Positions 51,080 to 64,000 of a stretch of 64,000 nucleotides of DNA are shown in pieces. Both the position numbers and the translations under genes were made by a program. The stretch lies in assembly GCF_001194135.2 (NCBI RefSeq), contig NC_068981.1, positions 191,754,315-191,818,314 of the forward strand. The letters are read 5' to 3'. This DNA is from Octopus bimaculoides (taxonomy: Eukaryota). The notes below the pieces were generated by a model that had not been told where the DNA came from, made no database searches, and worked only from the letters and a program-made list of their open reading frames with translations. Position 1 is the stretch's first letter. Each line of letters opens with the position of its first letter.

Positions 51080-52200
51080 ATCATCATGATCATTGTCGTT
51101 TAACGTCCACTTTCCATGCTGGCATGGGTTGAATGGTTCGACTGAGAACTGGTATGCCATTAGGCTGTGCTAGACTCCAATCTGATTTGGTAAGGTTTCT
51201 ACAGCTTGATGTCCTTCCTAACACCAATCACTCCAAGAGTGTAGTGGGTACGTTTTACGTGCTACCAGCACTGGCACCAGCCATGCTCGCATTGTACTTT
51301 TTACTTACTGCTGGCATGGGTGCCAGTCACATGGCACTGGCATCGGCCACACTCAAATGGTGCATTTTTACATGCCACCAGCACAAGTGCCAGTCAGGTG
51401 GTATTGGCATTGGCCACGCTCAAATGGTACTTTTTACATGCCACCGGCATGGGTGCCAGTCAGGCCATGACTACAATCTCACTCAGTTTAACAAGTCTTC
51501 CCAAGCACAGCATATCACCTGACGATTGAAGGGTGCTTTTAAACGGGCCAGTTAAGCAACACGTGATTTCACTAATCTCACTTGGCTTGCTGGGTCTTCT
51601 CAGGCACAGCATATCTCGGTTGCTTGTCATTGCCTCTGTGAGGCCCAACATTCAAAGGTTGTGCTTCACCGCCTCATCCCATGTCTTCCTGGTTCTACCT
51701 CTTCCACAGGTTCCTTCCACTGTTAGGGTGTGACACTTCTTCATACAGCTGTCCTTATTCATAAGCATTACATGACCATACCAGCACAGCCAGCCGTCTC
51801 TCTTGCACACCACATCTAATGCTTCTTATGCCCAACTTTTCTCTCAGGATGCTTACACTCTGTCGTACATGCATACTGACATTACACATCTAGCAGAGCA
51901 CACTAGCTTCATTTCTTTCAAGCCTATGCACGTCCTCAGCAGTCACATCCCATGTTTTACTGCCGTATAACATGGCTGTTCGCACACAGGCGTCATACAG
52001 TCTACCTTTCACTTTGCATGAAAGGTAGCAGAATTAGGAACTCTCTGAACTTTGCCCGGCCTATTCTTACTCTAACAGCTGTGCTCTCAGAGCATCCACC
52101 CCTGCTTCTGACTTGGTCACCTAGGTAACGGAAGCTATCAATTACTTCTAGTTTTTCCGCCTGGCATTCTACATATTTTATTATATTGTGTTGATGGTTG
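51080..52200 (-). mobile_element. RTE-clade LINE 3' ~1.1 kb
   Basis: FRYLGDQVRSRGGCSESTAVRVRIGRAKFRE..., LGLTEAMTSNRD terminus, tandem-repeated 3' UTR and tail at ~51085. Confidence 0.9.
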
Positions 52201-53819
52201 ACAACTCTTTCAAAAATGATTGGGATGGACTCATATAACACTGGAGTCTCTTCTGTTGGATATTAAAAAGAAATACTTTTGCTACTGGATAACTCTGATT
52301 GGCCTCTATTTTGCCACTTTTAAAATACGAAGTAGTCGTGTATTATATATTAAGATCTGTATTAATTAAGACATTACTAACTTTTAATTTATCCATTGGC
52401 ATAACATCAGTGTGTGTGCATTCACATAAAATTATGTCATTAGCAGTTATGCAATTTACATAAATGTTTTCCATATTAATTAGCTTAGTTTTGCTCAACC
52501 TTTTTTAGAAATATTTGGGCTGTTCATAGTCAGCATATCAACATTATTCAGAATAACTTAACAAAAAAATTTATTTAGCATTAAGTTGCTTATGTTGTAA
52601 GACCATATAAGGTTTTCCTGTTACTTGTATTTTCAGCACTTACATATTTAAAGCAACAAAGCATTTCTCTTTCTTCTTTTCCTTTTTTTTCTTTTGCTTT
52701 AATTTTTAAATGGTCTATTAAAAAATAACTTACGAAAATTAGACGAGCAAAAGCAAAAATACTAATTAATGGAAATTAAATAGCACTGTACTATAAGATT
52801 CCATACTTCAGCAACTACACACCTGTTCTCTATGCATCACTGATGACATTAACCTGCATCTGAAATAGATTAACAAGACCTAGTTGATTCAGAGACGGCC
52901 ATTATTTACTTTTGTACTGTGTACATCCTGAACAAATTAATGATTAGACAGCTTCTGAAGCCAACACTATACTTAATACCCTTGATACTTTGTTTTATTG
53001 CTTATCTATTTTATCTGTGCTATCTACTCTATCTCTGTAATTAACTCTTAAGCACTATCAAGGCAAATTGCAATGTATCTATTACACAACTGAAAACAGC
53101 CAAAATAGAATTTTATTTCCTAAAATTACAATATATTTTTCCATAAATTTCAGAAATGGTCCTTCAATAAAAGACTTTCTTAGTTGTTATCCTTGCATAA
53201 TTGATTATTTATAATTGACTGGATTATAATCAATATCTTTATATTACTAAACCTATGTAAGACAAGATCTGTCTGTTTTAATGGTACCCTCACTTAATAT
53301 AGAAACAATGAGCTAACCTCCATGTAGTTACTTGATTTGCTAGAAATGGTAAACAAATTATCCCCAAATCATATCCTACCTATATTAAGGAAAAGATACA
53401 TTAGACGATGTTCTAGATAACCTTAAAATGATTAGATGGCCACTGTTAGAATGTCTTTGATTATAAATCTCTTCAGTCAATGTTTAGGTTGGTTAAATAA
53501 CAACGGGAATATTTAACATCATCATCACTTAACATCCATGTTCTGTGTTGGCATGGGTTGTACAACTAGTATAGGTTAAACAAAATATATTACTTACTAC
53601 AGATTGATAGTTCTTGGGGCCAGAAGAGATTTTGGGATTTGGCATTTCTTTTGAATTTTGAATGACCATATATTCCCATCTGCAAAATGCTCTAGGCAAT
53701 GTTTATTTCTCATTTACTTCTGTCCATCATTTTCAGCTTAGAACTTTGAACAGTTTTTTTTTTCTTAAATTTCTTATGGTCAAATATGTTTTGTTATGTC
53801 TTTTTTTCTTTGTTTCACT

Positions 53820-54155
53820 CATTAGACTGTGGCCATACTGGGGCACTTCCTTGAAAAACGAATTGACCCTAGTTCTTTGTTGTTTTTTTTTAAAGCCTGG
53901 TACTTATTCTTTTGGTCTCTTTTGCTGAGCCACTAAGTTATGGGCATGTAAATACATCAAGACAGTTGTCAAACACACACGCACACATACACACACACAC
54001 ATGATGGGCTTTTTTCAGTTTCTGTCTACCAAATCCATTCACAAGGCTTTGGTTGGCCTGAGGCTATAGTAAAAGACACTTGCCAAAGGGACCATGTAGT
54101 GGGACTGAACCTAGAATCATGTGGTTGAGAAGCAAACTTATCACACAACTACAGG
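53820..54155 (-). mobile_element. SINE family B
   Basis: Reverse-complement homolog of 18356-18733. Confidence 0.8.
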
Positions 54156-54290
54156 TTGTTCCAGTACCAAACTCTCTAGATGCTTCACACTCCTGTTGTA
54201 AAGTTTCCTCAACAACTTAATTTTGTGTGCTATTGATAAACATAAATACTTCAATGTTATATTTCGGGATGGTTTTATTTCTTTGCCAAT

Positions 54291-54292
<2 letters not shown>

Positions 54293-54343
<51 letters not shown>

Positions 54344-54356
54344 NNNNNNNNNNAAT

Positions 54357-54412
<56 letters not shown>
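54293..54412. repeat. (CA)n microsatellite spanning an N gap (54344-54353)
   Basis: Direct reading. Confidence 0.9.
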
Positions 54413-54415
<3 letters not shown>

Positions 54416-54929
54416 CAATATATATATACTCGTTCTTCATTTTGGCTTTTTTATTGTTCTCATTTTAATGTCCTTTGTCTGAAGTCTGTCATCACGCATC
54501 CTGTGACCTCTTCCATGACTCCCATGTGTCTCCTCCTGTCCTGTTCAGTACATGACCATCCCAAAATATAACAATATCTGTTTCAACATACAATTTCATA
54601 TCAGGTATCTTGCAAAAACAAATACATAAACATAACTTCCTTTGTCACTTTCTACTATAACCCAGGCCTTTTTCAACAAAGGGGAGAGATACATATGTGG
54701 TTTCCCTTGTTTCTATATGATGCATTAATTGTAAAGAAATGTCACCATCCTTTTCGGTGGGGAATTTTGTGATCTTGATAATTTGTATGCTATGGAAACT
54801 GAGTCATAGGATTTAAGACAGTAATATACTGGGGTTGATGATGATGATAATGAATACAAGTATATACATATCAAATTGTCAATAAATTCATTTCTGTTTG
54901 TTGTATTTTTACCAACTGATTTGTGTTTG

Positions 54930-55090
54930 GGCAAAAGCACCCAGTATACTCTGTAAAGTGGTTGACATTAAGAAGGGCATTCAACTATAGAAAACATACA
55001 AAACAGTTGGTGTCTGGTGCAGCTCTCCTGTCAAACCATCCAACCCATGCCAGCATGAAAAACGGACATTAAATGATGATGATGATGATA
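54930..55090 (+). mobile_element. RTE 3' UTR/tail fragment
   Basis: ccaacccatgccagcatgaaaaacggacattaaat(gat)n. Confidence 0.8.
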
Positions 55091-56564
55091 ACCATGTACC
55101 ACCAGAAAAGCTGGTGACTCTTCAGAAACTGCAGTGTTCCCTAAATGTCCAAATTTATAACTTGGTCCCTACAAATGTATTCTGACACATTCTCCTGTAA
55201 CCTCTGAGAATCACTGGTATGGTCCCAAGACCAACCACCTACTGAAGTGTGATCACTACCACCACCACCACCACTTACATTTTCTTACACTCTTCCACTT
55301 TATTCATTATTGAAGTCATTGTTTCAAATTATATCTTTGTTATTTCATTTTCTGATTTAACTTTTTACAAATGATTTTAATTTATTGAATTGAATATTTG
55401 CAAACATTTTATACTTCAATAGTCAAAAGTATGAAAGCTAATGAATTATGTCTTTTAGATTTGTCAAACATTATGAAATGATTTTACATTAGAGGCAATA
55501 ATTTTATTACATTTTCTGTAATTTCAAATTTTCTGTTTTTCTTTTCTACATTGTCACTTATAAAAAGTTAATAAGAAGATAATAAAAGAGTCATTTAACA
55601 TATTAAAAATCTAATGAAAACTTAATTAAGCAATCTAAGTTGTCTAATTTATGGTTTTACTCATTGATATTTATAATACCTAGTTTTGTATATTTCTTCA
55701 TACAGTTAACTTGATTCACCTTCAAGCAGCAACAAATTAGCTTTAGGTGAAGTTTGAAAGCAATCAGAAAGGGAACAGGGTCAAATCTAAGAGGATAATG
55801 ACCAAGTTGGTGCTTCCAGAGCATAGTAGCAAGAAGAAATGATGTTATTCAGTATACAGGTAGAGAATAGGCACAATGACAGTATTAGGTATTGACTACA
55901 GATCAGCTCTTCATTACATCTTTATTACATCTGTTGTCATTTATTCCATCACTGTGTGTCCCGATCCTTGGCCTATCACTTGGTGTCTCTGAGCTAATAA
56001 AGACAGTAGTAAGTTGCTGCTTCTTTTATCAATATATATTTTCCTTACCTCTCCAGTATACTCTTTATGGAACCAGATCCACCTGAAACCTGCTTTCTTT
56101 ACATAATACATTGGTGGTTCTCATTCTTGAGATACTTTCCATTGCTTTTGGTATCAGCAATCCCATGGTAATCTTATAAAGTTCCATCACCTCTTGGAGT
56201 TCTTTAGGCCTGTCGGACTACTCCATCATTGCACGTCATTAAAGCTCTCTCTTCCATTCTTTCAACTCTAGTGTACTTCAGAGTTTCAGTTATGGCTTCC
56301 TCTCTTTCATTTGCATCTTCACAAAATAGTTACTGTTAACTGAACCAACAAAAAACCCATTATGTAATCGCCCAAATTACTAGATATAGCACCTAAATTC
56401 CCCTCTAATCACACCCTACCATTTTTTAAAAAAATGAAACATATATTGGATAATATAGTCTTGGGTATATATATGTCTGATTTGAAAAATAAAAAAAAAT
56501 TAGGATTACAGTTTTGTTGAAACATGTTTAATCTAGGGCTAAACAATAACTTATTTTTGCCTCT

Positions 56565-56990
56565 AATTACACATATTCCTCATTTCCTTATTGAGATAAT
56601 TCCATTCTTTATTCTTCCTTTACCTTCTGTATGCAAGCTTCATCTAGATTCCTGTTGCCAGTCATGAACAGCTTCTGTGAATAGAGACCTAGGCAATATT
56701 TTATATAGTGAAGTTAGTCGTTTTCAATGGCATCAAAACAATTACTACGCACAGCAATGAGATATAATTTAAAATCAAACTTTTGACAAAGGCTTACTTT
56801 GTGATATATGCGATGACCTTGTATAGTGGCTACCCAAAGCAGAAAGACTGCATTCTTAAACTTGGGTTTCTTCAATGTCCAAATTTGCCTCAGTTTGCAT
56901 AGATACTGATAATCTCCACAGTACAAGTGCATCACATTTGGAGTACCACTGACCTCTCAGTCAAACATTTTAGCATCCACTGGCTAGGCC
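56565..56990 (-). mobile_element. Possible highly decayed mariner transposase C-terminal fragment
   Basis: Minus-strand DYQYLCKLRQIWTLKKPKFKNAVFLL...QKFDFKL...EAVHDW loosely follows the mariner region around the HDNARPH and PYSPDLAP motifs, but those motifs are not intact. Confidence 0.4.
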
Positions 56991-57454
56991 ATCTGTTTGA
57001 TAGGAAATCTTTCATGTAGCCTATTGATGTACCCTTCTTTTTTTTCTTTTTTTGGCTCTCTCTATTTCTACAGTTTCTTCTCTGAAGCCTATCTATACTC
57101 AATCAATTTAACTGTTCTCTCAACACCCTTCCTATGTCCTACTCTACAAACCCAGTATTAAACTTGTTTCCCAATCCTTTCTTCCCGACATGCAACCCTC
57201 AGGAGTTCCTTCCCTATTCACACCTCCTACAAATATCACCCTAGCGCAATTCAAGTGGGACATCTGCTGTAATGACATCAATAGTCTTGGAAAGGAAGGG
57301 GGTCTTACTGTCACTTCAGAATAAACTAAAAAAAAAACAAACAAAACAGGAAAAGAATAGTGTGCATGGACTGTTCTGGTGATATATTGGAAATAGTAAT
57401 TACATTTTACTCTAAACCTTTTCTTACTATATTCCTGTTGAAATGCTCTGTTAT

Positions 57455-57625
57455 TGTTCCTGTTAACTTTGAAACAAATGCAGAATTTAATAAAAATAAC
57501 ATTGTCGTTATTAAGCTGGTGCATAAATTAACATGAAGTTTTGATGAAGATTTTAATTTAGATCACATTAAAACAGGAAGTTTGTAAATAGAACCAGAAG
57601 TGGTCATGGGTGGGTTTATATTAAA
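57455..57625 (-). mobile_element. piggyBac-like P2 fragment
   Basis: Reverse complement of the 3520-3660 internal sequence. Confidence 0.65.
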
Positions 57626-58279
57626 AGGAGCAATGCAAATGTGTTTGGTGTGTGAAGATGAAGGAAGAAATGCAGTGTGCTCTTACAGCAAAGGGTTTCT
57701 GTTTAGATCAAGGAGTAGATTGTGATATGCATGTTCCATTAATGTAATTTCTACTTGTAAAACAATTAGTGATGGGCTTGCAGTGATTAGAGTGTTACAT
57801 TTTACATTCAATCTGTTGCAATGTACAATAATGAACTTGACAAAGAAGTTGACAGGCAAGGAAATAAAGGAAGTGATTACAGGATGGATGGATGGATGTG
57901 CTGGAAGGTCATGTAATGTAACTGATTATTTACTGTGGAAAATAAACGAGGAGTTTGTCATCATGGCAAAAATTAGGATGAGTTGGTTAATACTAGAGGA
58001 TGTATGACTTTGCAGAAAGGATGACCATAGTGAATTCAGTGAAATATGCCATTGTGCAAAGATATCAAATCCCTTCAAAATTTTCATATTCCATACAAAT
58101 GTTTGCTCTTATAAACTGACAATCACATAGTATGTATTCACATAATTTCACATAAACTATGAATCTTAAAGGCTGATTTTCTTTTCCAAAGATATAAATA
58201 TGCTCTATGCCATATTAATATAGTAACATACTTAGATGATGGAGCTATTACAAAGTTAAACATTTGAACTAAAATATAG

Positions 58280-58665
58280 CCTGGTATGGCTGTATAGTTA
58301 AAAGGCTTGATTCCCAACCACATGGACTCAGGTTCAGTCCTGCTGTGCAGTATCTTGGGCAAGTATCTTCTACTATAGCCCCCAGGCTGACCAAAGCCTT
58401 TTGAGTGGATTTGGTGGATGGAAAATGAAAGAAGTTCATTACATGTACGTGTGCCCTTGTCTTGGCATCATGTAATGGTTGTAAATGAGCATCACTGTTA
58501 TACAAGCAATGTTGTTTGTTTCCAGTCTTCTATGGATCACCTTGCTTGGGAACAGGTGATAGTTGGTTACAGAAATGACATCCAGCCATAGAAAATCTGC
58601 CTCAACAAATTCTGTCTGACCCATGCCAGCAAAGAAAAGTGGATGTAAAATAGTAATAATAATGG
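58280..58665 (+). mobile_element. SINE family C
   Basis: ggtatggctgtatagttaaaagg head, gggcaagtatcttctactatagcc core, RTE-type tail. Confidence 0.8.
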
Positions 58666-60224
58666 TTATGATGGTGACTTCATTGACAAGTTTTTATTGG
58701 CAACACTTCACAACCACTTGCTTACATTGAACTCTGCCTGCTCTTTCTGTTTTCTTCCATTTCTATTTAGTTTTTGGTGTTCTTAACTTGACAGACTCTA
58801 AAGCCCCTTGTCTCATCACCTTTTTCATCCAATTCTCTTGCCACACTCGCTACTCTCCCCAAGATCTCTTTACTCCTAGAAAGATATCTCTCTTGTTGCT
58901 TTTTTGTTTTTGTTTTTTTTTTTTGTTTTGTAAACTTCATTCACTAAACTACATACAATGAAACTAATAACTAAATAAATGAAATAAGCACCTATTTCTC
59001 AGCTTTGTGGGGACTGAAAATTCTCTCGTCGGAAGCTTTTGCATATTTGCTTGATATGCTGGAAATAGCCTTCTATTCCCTATTTATCGAATCACTTTAT
59101 CTTATCTTTAAAAAAATTTAGACATGCTGGATGATGCAGTTTGAGATGAACTATCTGTAAAGATAGAGATGGTCATGATTAGAATGCCTTTTATCATAGG
59201 TCTGTTCATTCACATTTGACCTTGGGCTAAAACAGCTACAACTTCTAATCTTCTTAATATAAATTCGAGTGATGTTTCTCTGTCCGTTATGTTTTTATGT
59301 TTGTTAACTCCTCCTAGACTGTTGGTGCAAGGATAACGAAACTCAAACCAGCAACTCCCTTAATCCCAGGGAATGTCTTAAGGGGTGGGGGTGGGGTCTA
59401 TTTTTTTAAGGGCTACCTAGTTGGTGTCCCAATGACCTCACTATTTTTACTGCATTTTAAACTAAATACATGGCATTGGCGGCCAAGTTGGAGCAATGAC
59501 AATGAATTTCATACCATGAACTCCCAGGGAGTATCGTAAGGAGGTTCAGTTTCTGGAGGGCCGCTTAAATGGGTCCCCACTGAGCCCCCTATTTTTACTG
59601 TATTTACCTCACTCCTACGCTTATTGATTAAACTATGATCAGTATCAGTGCTTAGCACATTAGCAGAAATAAGTTTCACTACACAAAGGTAGAGGGCTGC
59701 AAAGCAGTCCGATAAAGGTGCCCTCTGCAGGAGCTAGCCTGAATGCCATCCGAAGGACAACTTCAAGGCTAGTAAAAATAAAACAACAAGTTGTTTTTGT
59801 CATTAAGAGCAGACATTAGCATTTTTATCAAATGTTATGATAGTTAATTCTCTTTCTCAATTATTCGTCAGATAATTTTCTTTCTCAAATTATTTTTCTA
59901 CTATCGGGCTAAATTACTGAGGTCACATGTAATTATACACAGCTGGGAAACTAGGTTGCCTGTTTCTGTTCTCATTTTATATATCTTTGTACATCTTACT
60001 AGTCTTTAAATTGTAACTTTTGTAAAAGATATGAAAAGCATTTAAAAAGGTAAATTAATGATTGTTCAATGATATTTGAAATTATTCCCCTACTCTGCAC
60101 TGAGGTAAGGCTATAACTAAATACTGAAAGAAAAAAAAATAATATAGTAAATTATTTGTAAATATTTTAAAATCTGGTTTGCCTTTGCTATTAATAGTGT
60201 CATTTCGTAATTAATTCAATGCCA

Positions 60225-60404
60225 TCATCATTTAATGTCCACTTTTCAATGTTTGCATTGGATCAGATGGAATTTGTTGAGACAGATTTTCTTTGTCCAG
60301 ATACTCTTCTTATTGCCAACCCTCACCTGTTTCCAAACAAGGCAATATTTCCTTGCATGTTTTTTGCAGAGGACTGGAATCAAAGTGGTGCATGATGTTA
60401 AAAC

Positions 60405-60446
<42 letters not shown>

Positions 60447-60598
60447 ATGGTTTCTTTCAGTTTCTGTTTACCAAATCCACTCACAAGGCTTTGATCAGCC
60501 TGGGGCTATAGTAGAAGACACTTGCCCAATGCGCTGTACAGTGGAACTGAACCAGAACCATATGGTTTAGAAACAAACTTCTTACCACACAGCCACAA
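60225..60598 (-). mobile_element. SINE family C
   Basis: Tail catcatcatttaatgtcc, (CA)n, head cttaccacacagccac. Confidence 0.85.
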
Positions 60599-61209
60599 GA
60601 ATTGATAAATGTAATAGGATTTAGGATTTAGTGAGGTAAGATGTTGATTGTAGTTCGTTTATTTCACATAGCGTATTATTTCTCCTGAGTTATGTCACAT
60701 CTTGTTTCTTGTACTTATGTAGAAATTTAATACTATTCACACTTTTCTACATCTAAAGAATAATTTTGAAAAAAAAGAAATTCATTCATCTTGCCAAATT
60801 AATTTGTTTTCTGGAAGAGTTCAATAAATTCAAATTACTTTTGTATTAAAAAACCCCCAGTTCTTTAAATATTGTAATTAATTTTTTTTCACTTCTTAAG
60901 ATTCAGAGGTAGATAAAGCTCATTTGATTTCAAAAGTCAATTAAAATGTAAATCTTCAGAATTCTCATTAGAGATTTGAATTTTTTCTTGATAATGATGG
61001 TGGGATTTGTGCAGGGTATAAAATAGAAAGATTTTTTGCTAACACAAACACACACACTATATAAATAACCTGGTATATAGATATACACAACACACTCATT
61101 TAAGAATTAATACAAAATTGCATTCAGCTGTAAATTGACCATCTAAGTTCAGTAGCTGAAGTAATTATATTCCTTAATTAATTATATTTCTTTTTTATTT
61201 TATTTTCAG

Positions 61210-61250
61210 CTATTAGTAAAGAAGAAACTATTCATGAAAGTGATCATGAG
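61210..61250 (+). CDS. CDK14: CDK14-like kinase exon, 41 nt (phase 1 to phase 0)
   Basis: ttttattttcag|CT...GAG|gtattt. A plus CT gives Thr, then ISKEETIHESDHE, continuing SFGRL-TISKE. Confidence 0.8.
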
Positions 61251-62145
61251 GTATTTTCCTTTTTTTTCCTTTTTATCATTTAAAATGAACTAAAAACCGG
61301 TTATGATGTTAAAGCAATTCATACATTTTCTAAATGTATTTCCTATTAGTCAACAAACGCATAAATTGAAATAAAATTTATGTAAAAATAAGAGATTAAT
61401 GAGGAGCTCACCTCATTTAATCTCTTTTTTTTCTTCTTTACTTTGTTTCCAATGAGATTTAGAGTTCAACTTAGTCTATCCACTGACTTTTGCAATAATC
61501 ACATAGAATGTGTCACACAAGTTTATATAGTTATGAATTCACATAAAGAGACTGTATAGCAAAAACAACAGAAATAGTACTACTGTTACTCATTTAATTC
61601 TTGCTGTCATTAATATTCTCTAAAAATTATACAAGTAAATTCTACGGTTTTTCTTATATACTGAGGAGAAGCTGATGATAATTCTTTGTAATTCCAGTGT
61701 CTGTTCCAGAATTTTTTGTTGTTAAATATACAGAACGACTAAAAAATTTTTTCCTCACCAAAGTAATATGTTCTTTGTGTTCTCCAGATGAGATGTTGAT
61801 AAAAAAAAAGCCCAACCTATAGTTGGTACCTTCCTCAAAATACAGAGCTGTTTTTAATTCCTAAAATTTATCTCTCATAAGTATATTATTGATTAAATGA
61901 CTAAACTGTAGTTTCAATGTGGTTAAGTAAATATTGCTGTTTTTACAAGCAGTTTGGTAATAAGCGGCAGACTAATTGATGTTGAATCTTCTCTTATTGG
62001 TTCAGCAATGGCTATTGACAGTCAATGTGTATATTTTAGTTATTAACCTCAGTGTCAGCCATAAACATTCTGATGGGTATTCTCCATGGAAATGATGGTG
62101 TCTTCCTTGAAATGGTTTTATGTTTTCATTATTTTTTCTTTGAAG

Positions 62146-62171
62146 AATGGATGCAACAAGATATCATATGA
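62146..62171 (+). CDS. CDK14: Candidate next CDK14-like micro-exon, 26 nt (NGCNKISY + GA; phase 0 to phase 2)
   Basis: Long pyrimidine tract ttattttttctttgaag|A and donor TGA|gtaact. In phase with the 61250 donor and stop-free. Confidence 0.4.
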
Positions 62172-62819
62172 GTAACTTTTTCTGGTTTTCCAGATCTTTG
62201 CATATGATGTTCTCAAAATTTCAGGTTCATGGAATTTTGTCTTATTTTTAGCATTCTTTGCCATTTAGTTTATATTTTCATGGAGTCACACTTTCAGTCT
62301 AACTTTTGGAAATATAGTAAATCACAGCTGTTTTGGGTGGTTTTCTTTCCTCTTTTCTTGTCATCCTCTGTTCAGTGTGAGTATAAGAGTATCTCATTTG
62401 AGAGAAAAAAAGTTGGATTAATTCTCATCCAAACTCACTGAATTAGAAATATAAGACCTATTTTGTTATTTCTTTTGATGATTTTCTGCTTTTACACAGT
62501 ATTTTAAAAATAAATTTGATCAAATCTTGGATTTTGTTGAAACTGAAAAATATCTTATTTAACTCCTGACTGAATTTTGAATAATCACATATCAAGACAC
62601 TTTTTGGAAAGAAGCATAATGGCTAGGTTGGGCTATAGAAGTTGTTAACTGTTATCCAGCTTATGTCATTCACTCTGTTAATGAGCATTTATATATTTTA
62701 TGGCATTCTCATTAATGTTAACTCATGCTGGGATTAACATAATTTTTAAACTGCAGATACAGTGACCAAATTTTCTCTTTTTATATTCCGAAATGCTGAA
62801 ACACTCTTTGTCCATTCAT

Positions 62820-63250
62820 TTGTTCATTATTTTAATGTCCAGTTTTCCATGTTAGCAAGGGCTAGATGGGAAGTTATTTGAAGCAGGAATTTGCCGCCAG
62901 ATACTCTTTGTCATCAAACCTTACCTGTTATTTAAGTAAGGGGCTTTTTCTTATGTCAGTTGTCTTCAGAAGTGCAGAGCCACTGATCATAACATCAGTG
63001 AGAATCTCAATTTCATCATCATCCCACTTGGGAATGATCAGGCATAGAATATCAACATTCATGCACATTTGTGTGTGTATACACCCACTTACCCACATGC
63101 TCACACACACACATACACATATATAAGCTATGTGTAGCCTTTAATAACCAAATTCACTCAGAAGGTTTTTGCTAGCCTGTGGCTAAAGTACCATGCAGTG
63201 GGACTGAGCCAGAAACCAGTGGTTGTGAAATGAGCTTAACCATTGAGCCA
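62820..63250 (-). mobile_element. Degraded SINE family C
   Basis: Tail ttttaatgtccagttttccatg; head gtaccatgcagtgggactgagcc. Confidence 0.65.
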
Positions 63251-64000
63251 TAAACCATTGCAGTTACTCACATCACTTAATATGCATATTTGAATATAAC
63301 CTATTGTTTAATTCTATTTAACCTTGCTCAAAAATGATTTGGCAATGTGGTCATGACCCTTTGAGAGAAAGTATAGGTCTGGCAACTGAATGACCAGGAT
63401 TTCAATTTTATTGGGTTTTCATTTACCTTTGATGCAATTTGAACTATGATACTGACTTTATGCAAGAGCCAATATATAGAAATATGTCAATATCTAGAAT
63501 GTATGACAATAAATATTTGAGAAAAGTTATGTAAGTTATCATTGGAGCATATGAATTAATCTATCCTGTACAAGGATATACATTTAGCTCTGATGTTCTA
63601 TAGCATTTAGAAAGAACGTGTGTGTGTGTGTGTGTGTGTGTGTGACATCTGAAAGATTGCCTTTTCAACCAACTTAGTTTTCATTTAGCTTTGATATTGA
63701 TATATATTCCCTATGGTTTCATAAATTTTCTCAAATACTTATGGCCAACTTTATAACACAAGATGATTTCTTCTTGATATTGACTGGTATTGTATACTCT
63801 TACTTGGATAGTATGTGTGTTTCTGAGACCTTAATAGGCTGGAACTGTCACTCTGGCAATCCTCAGACTCACTTGTTCTCTCCAGGTGTTATAGCCATAA
63901 AATGTTTTTTAGGAGTTGATGATGATGATAATTATACTGCTATACTGGCCATTAGTGATGGAAACTACTCTGCATGAACAGATTAGTTGAAGGTGTGACT

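Noticed and set aside
54285-54415. Apparent duplication aataaac(ac)n on both sides of the N gap
   Set aside because: Likely unmerged contig overlap (assembly artefact).
61788-61825. Good acceptor ttctccag|ATG
   Set aside because: Stops in all three frames; at most a poison or cryptic exon.

Overview
AT-rich, strongly CpG-depleted, repeat-dense eukaryotic DNA. The SINE families, RTE LINEs with (GAT)n tails and TTAA-flanked MITEs suggest an octopod cephalopod; this is an inference. None of the ORF-track entries is a convincing gene. Splice-signal reading on the + strand instead reconstructs the 5' end of a PFTAIRE-type kinase gene (CDK14/Eip63E-like). Its N-terminus, MPEIQIKARDKGQISRIKKLKRRISASFGRLTISKEETIHESDHE, comes from tiny coding pieces (6, 16, 72 and 41 nt) separated by 15.1, 30.3 and 10.8 kb introns; the kinase domain lies beyond the window. 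Main observations: (1) a candidate alternative first exon encoding MCCCSAE, a possible palmitoylation signal, that splices in frame to the shared 16-nt micro-exon; (2) two different minimal hammerhead-ribozyme motifs of Penelope-like type on the sense strand of the 30-kb intron, one paired with a 90-bp antisense arm; (3) several inverted repeats able to form dsRNA in the pre-mRNA. Most transposon boundaries are approximate and were read by eye.
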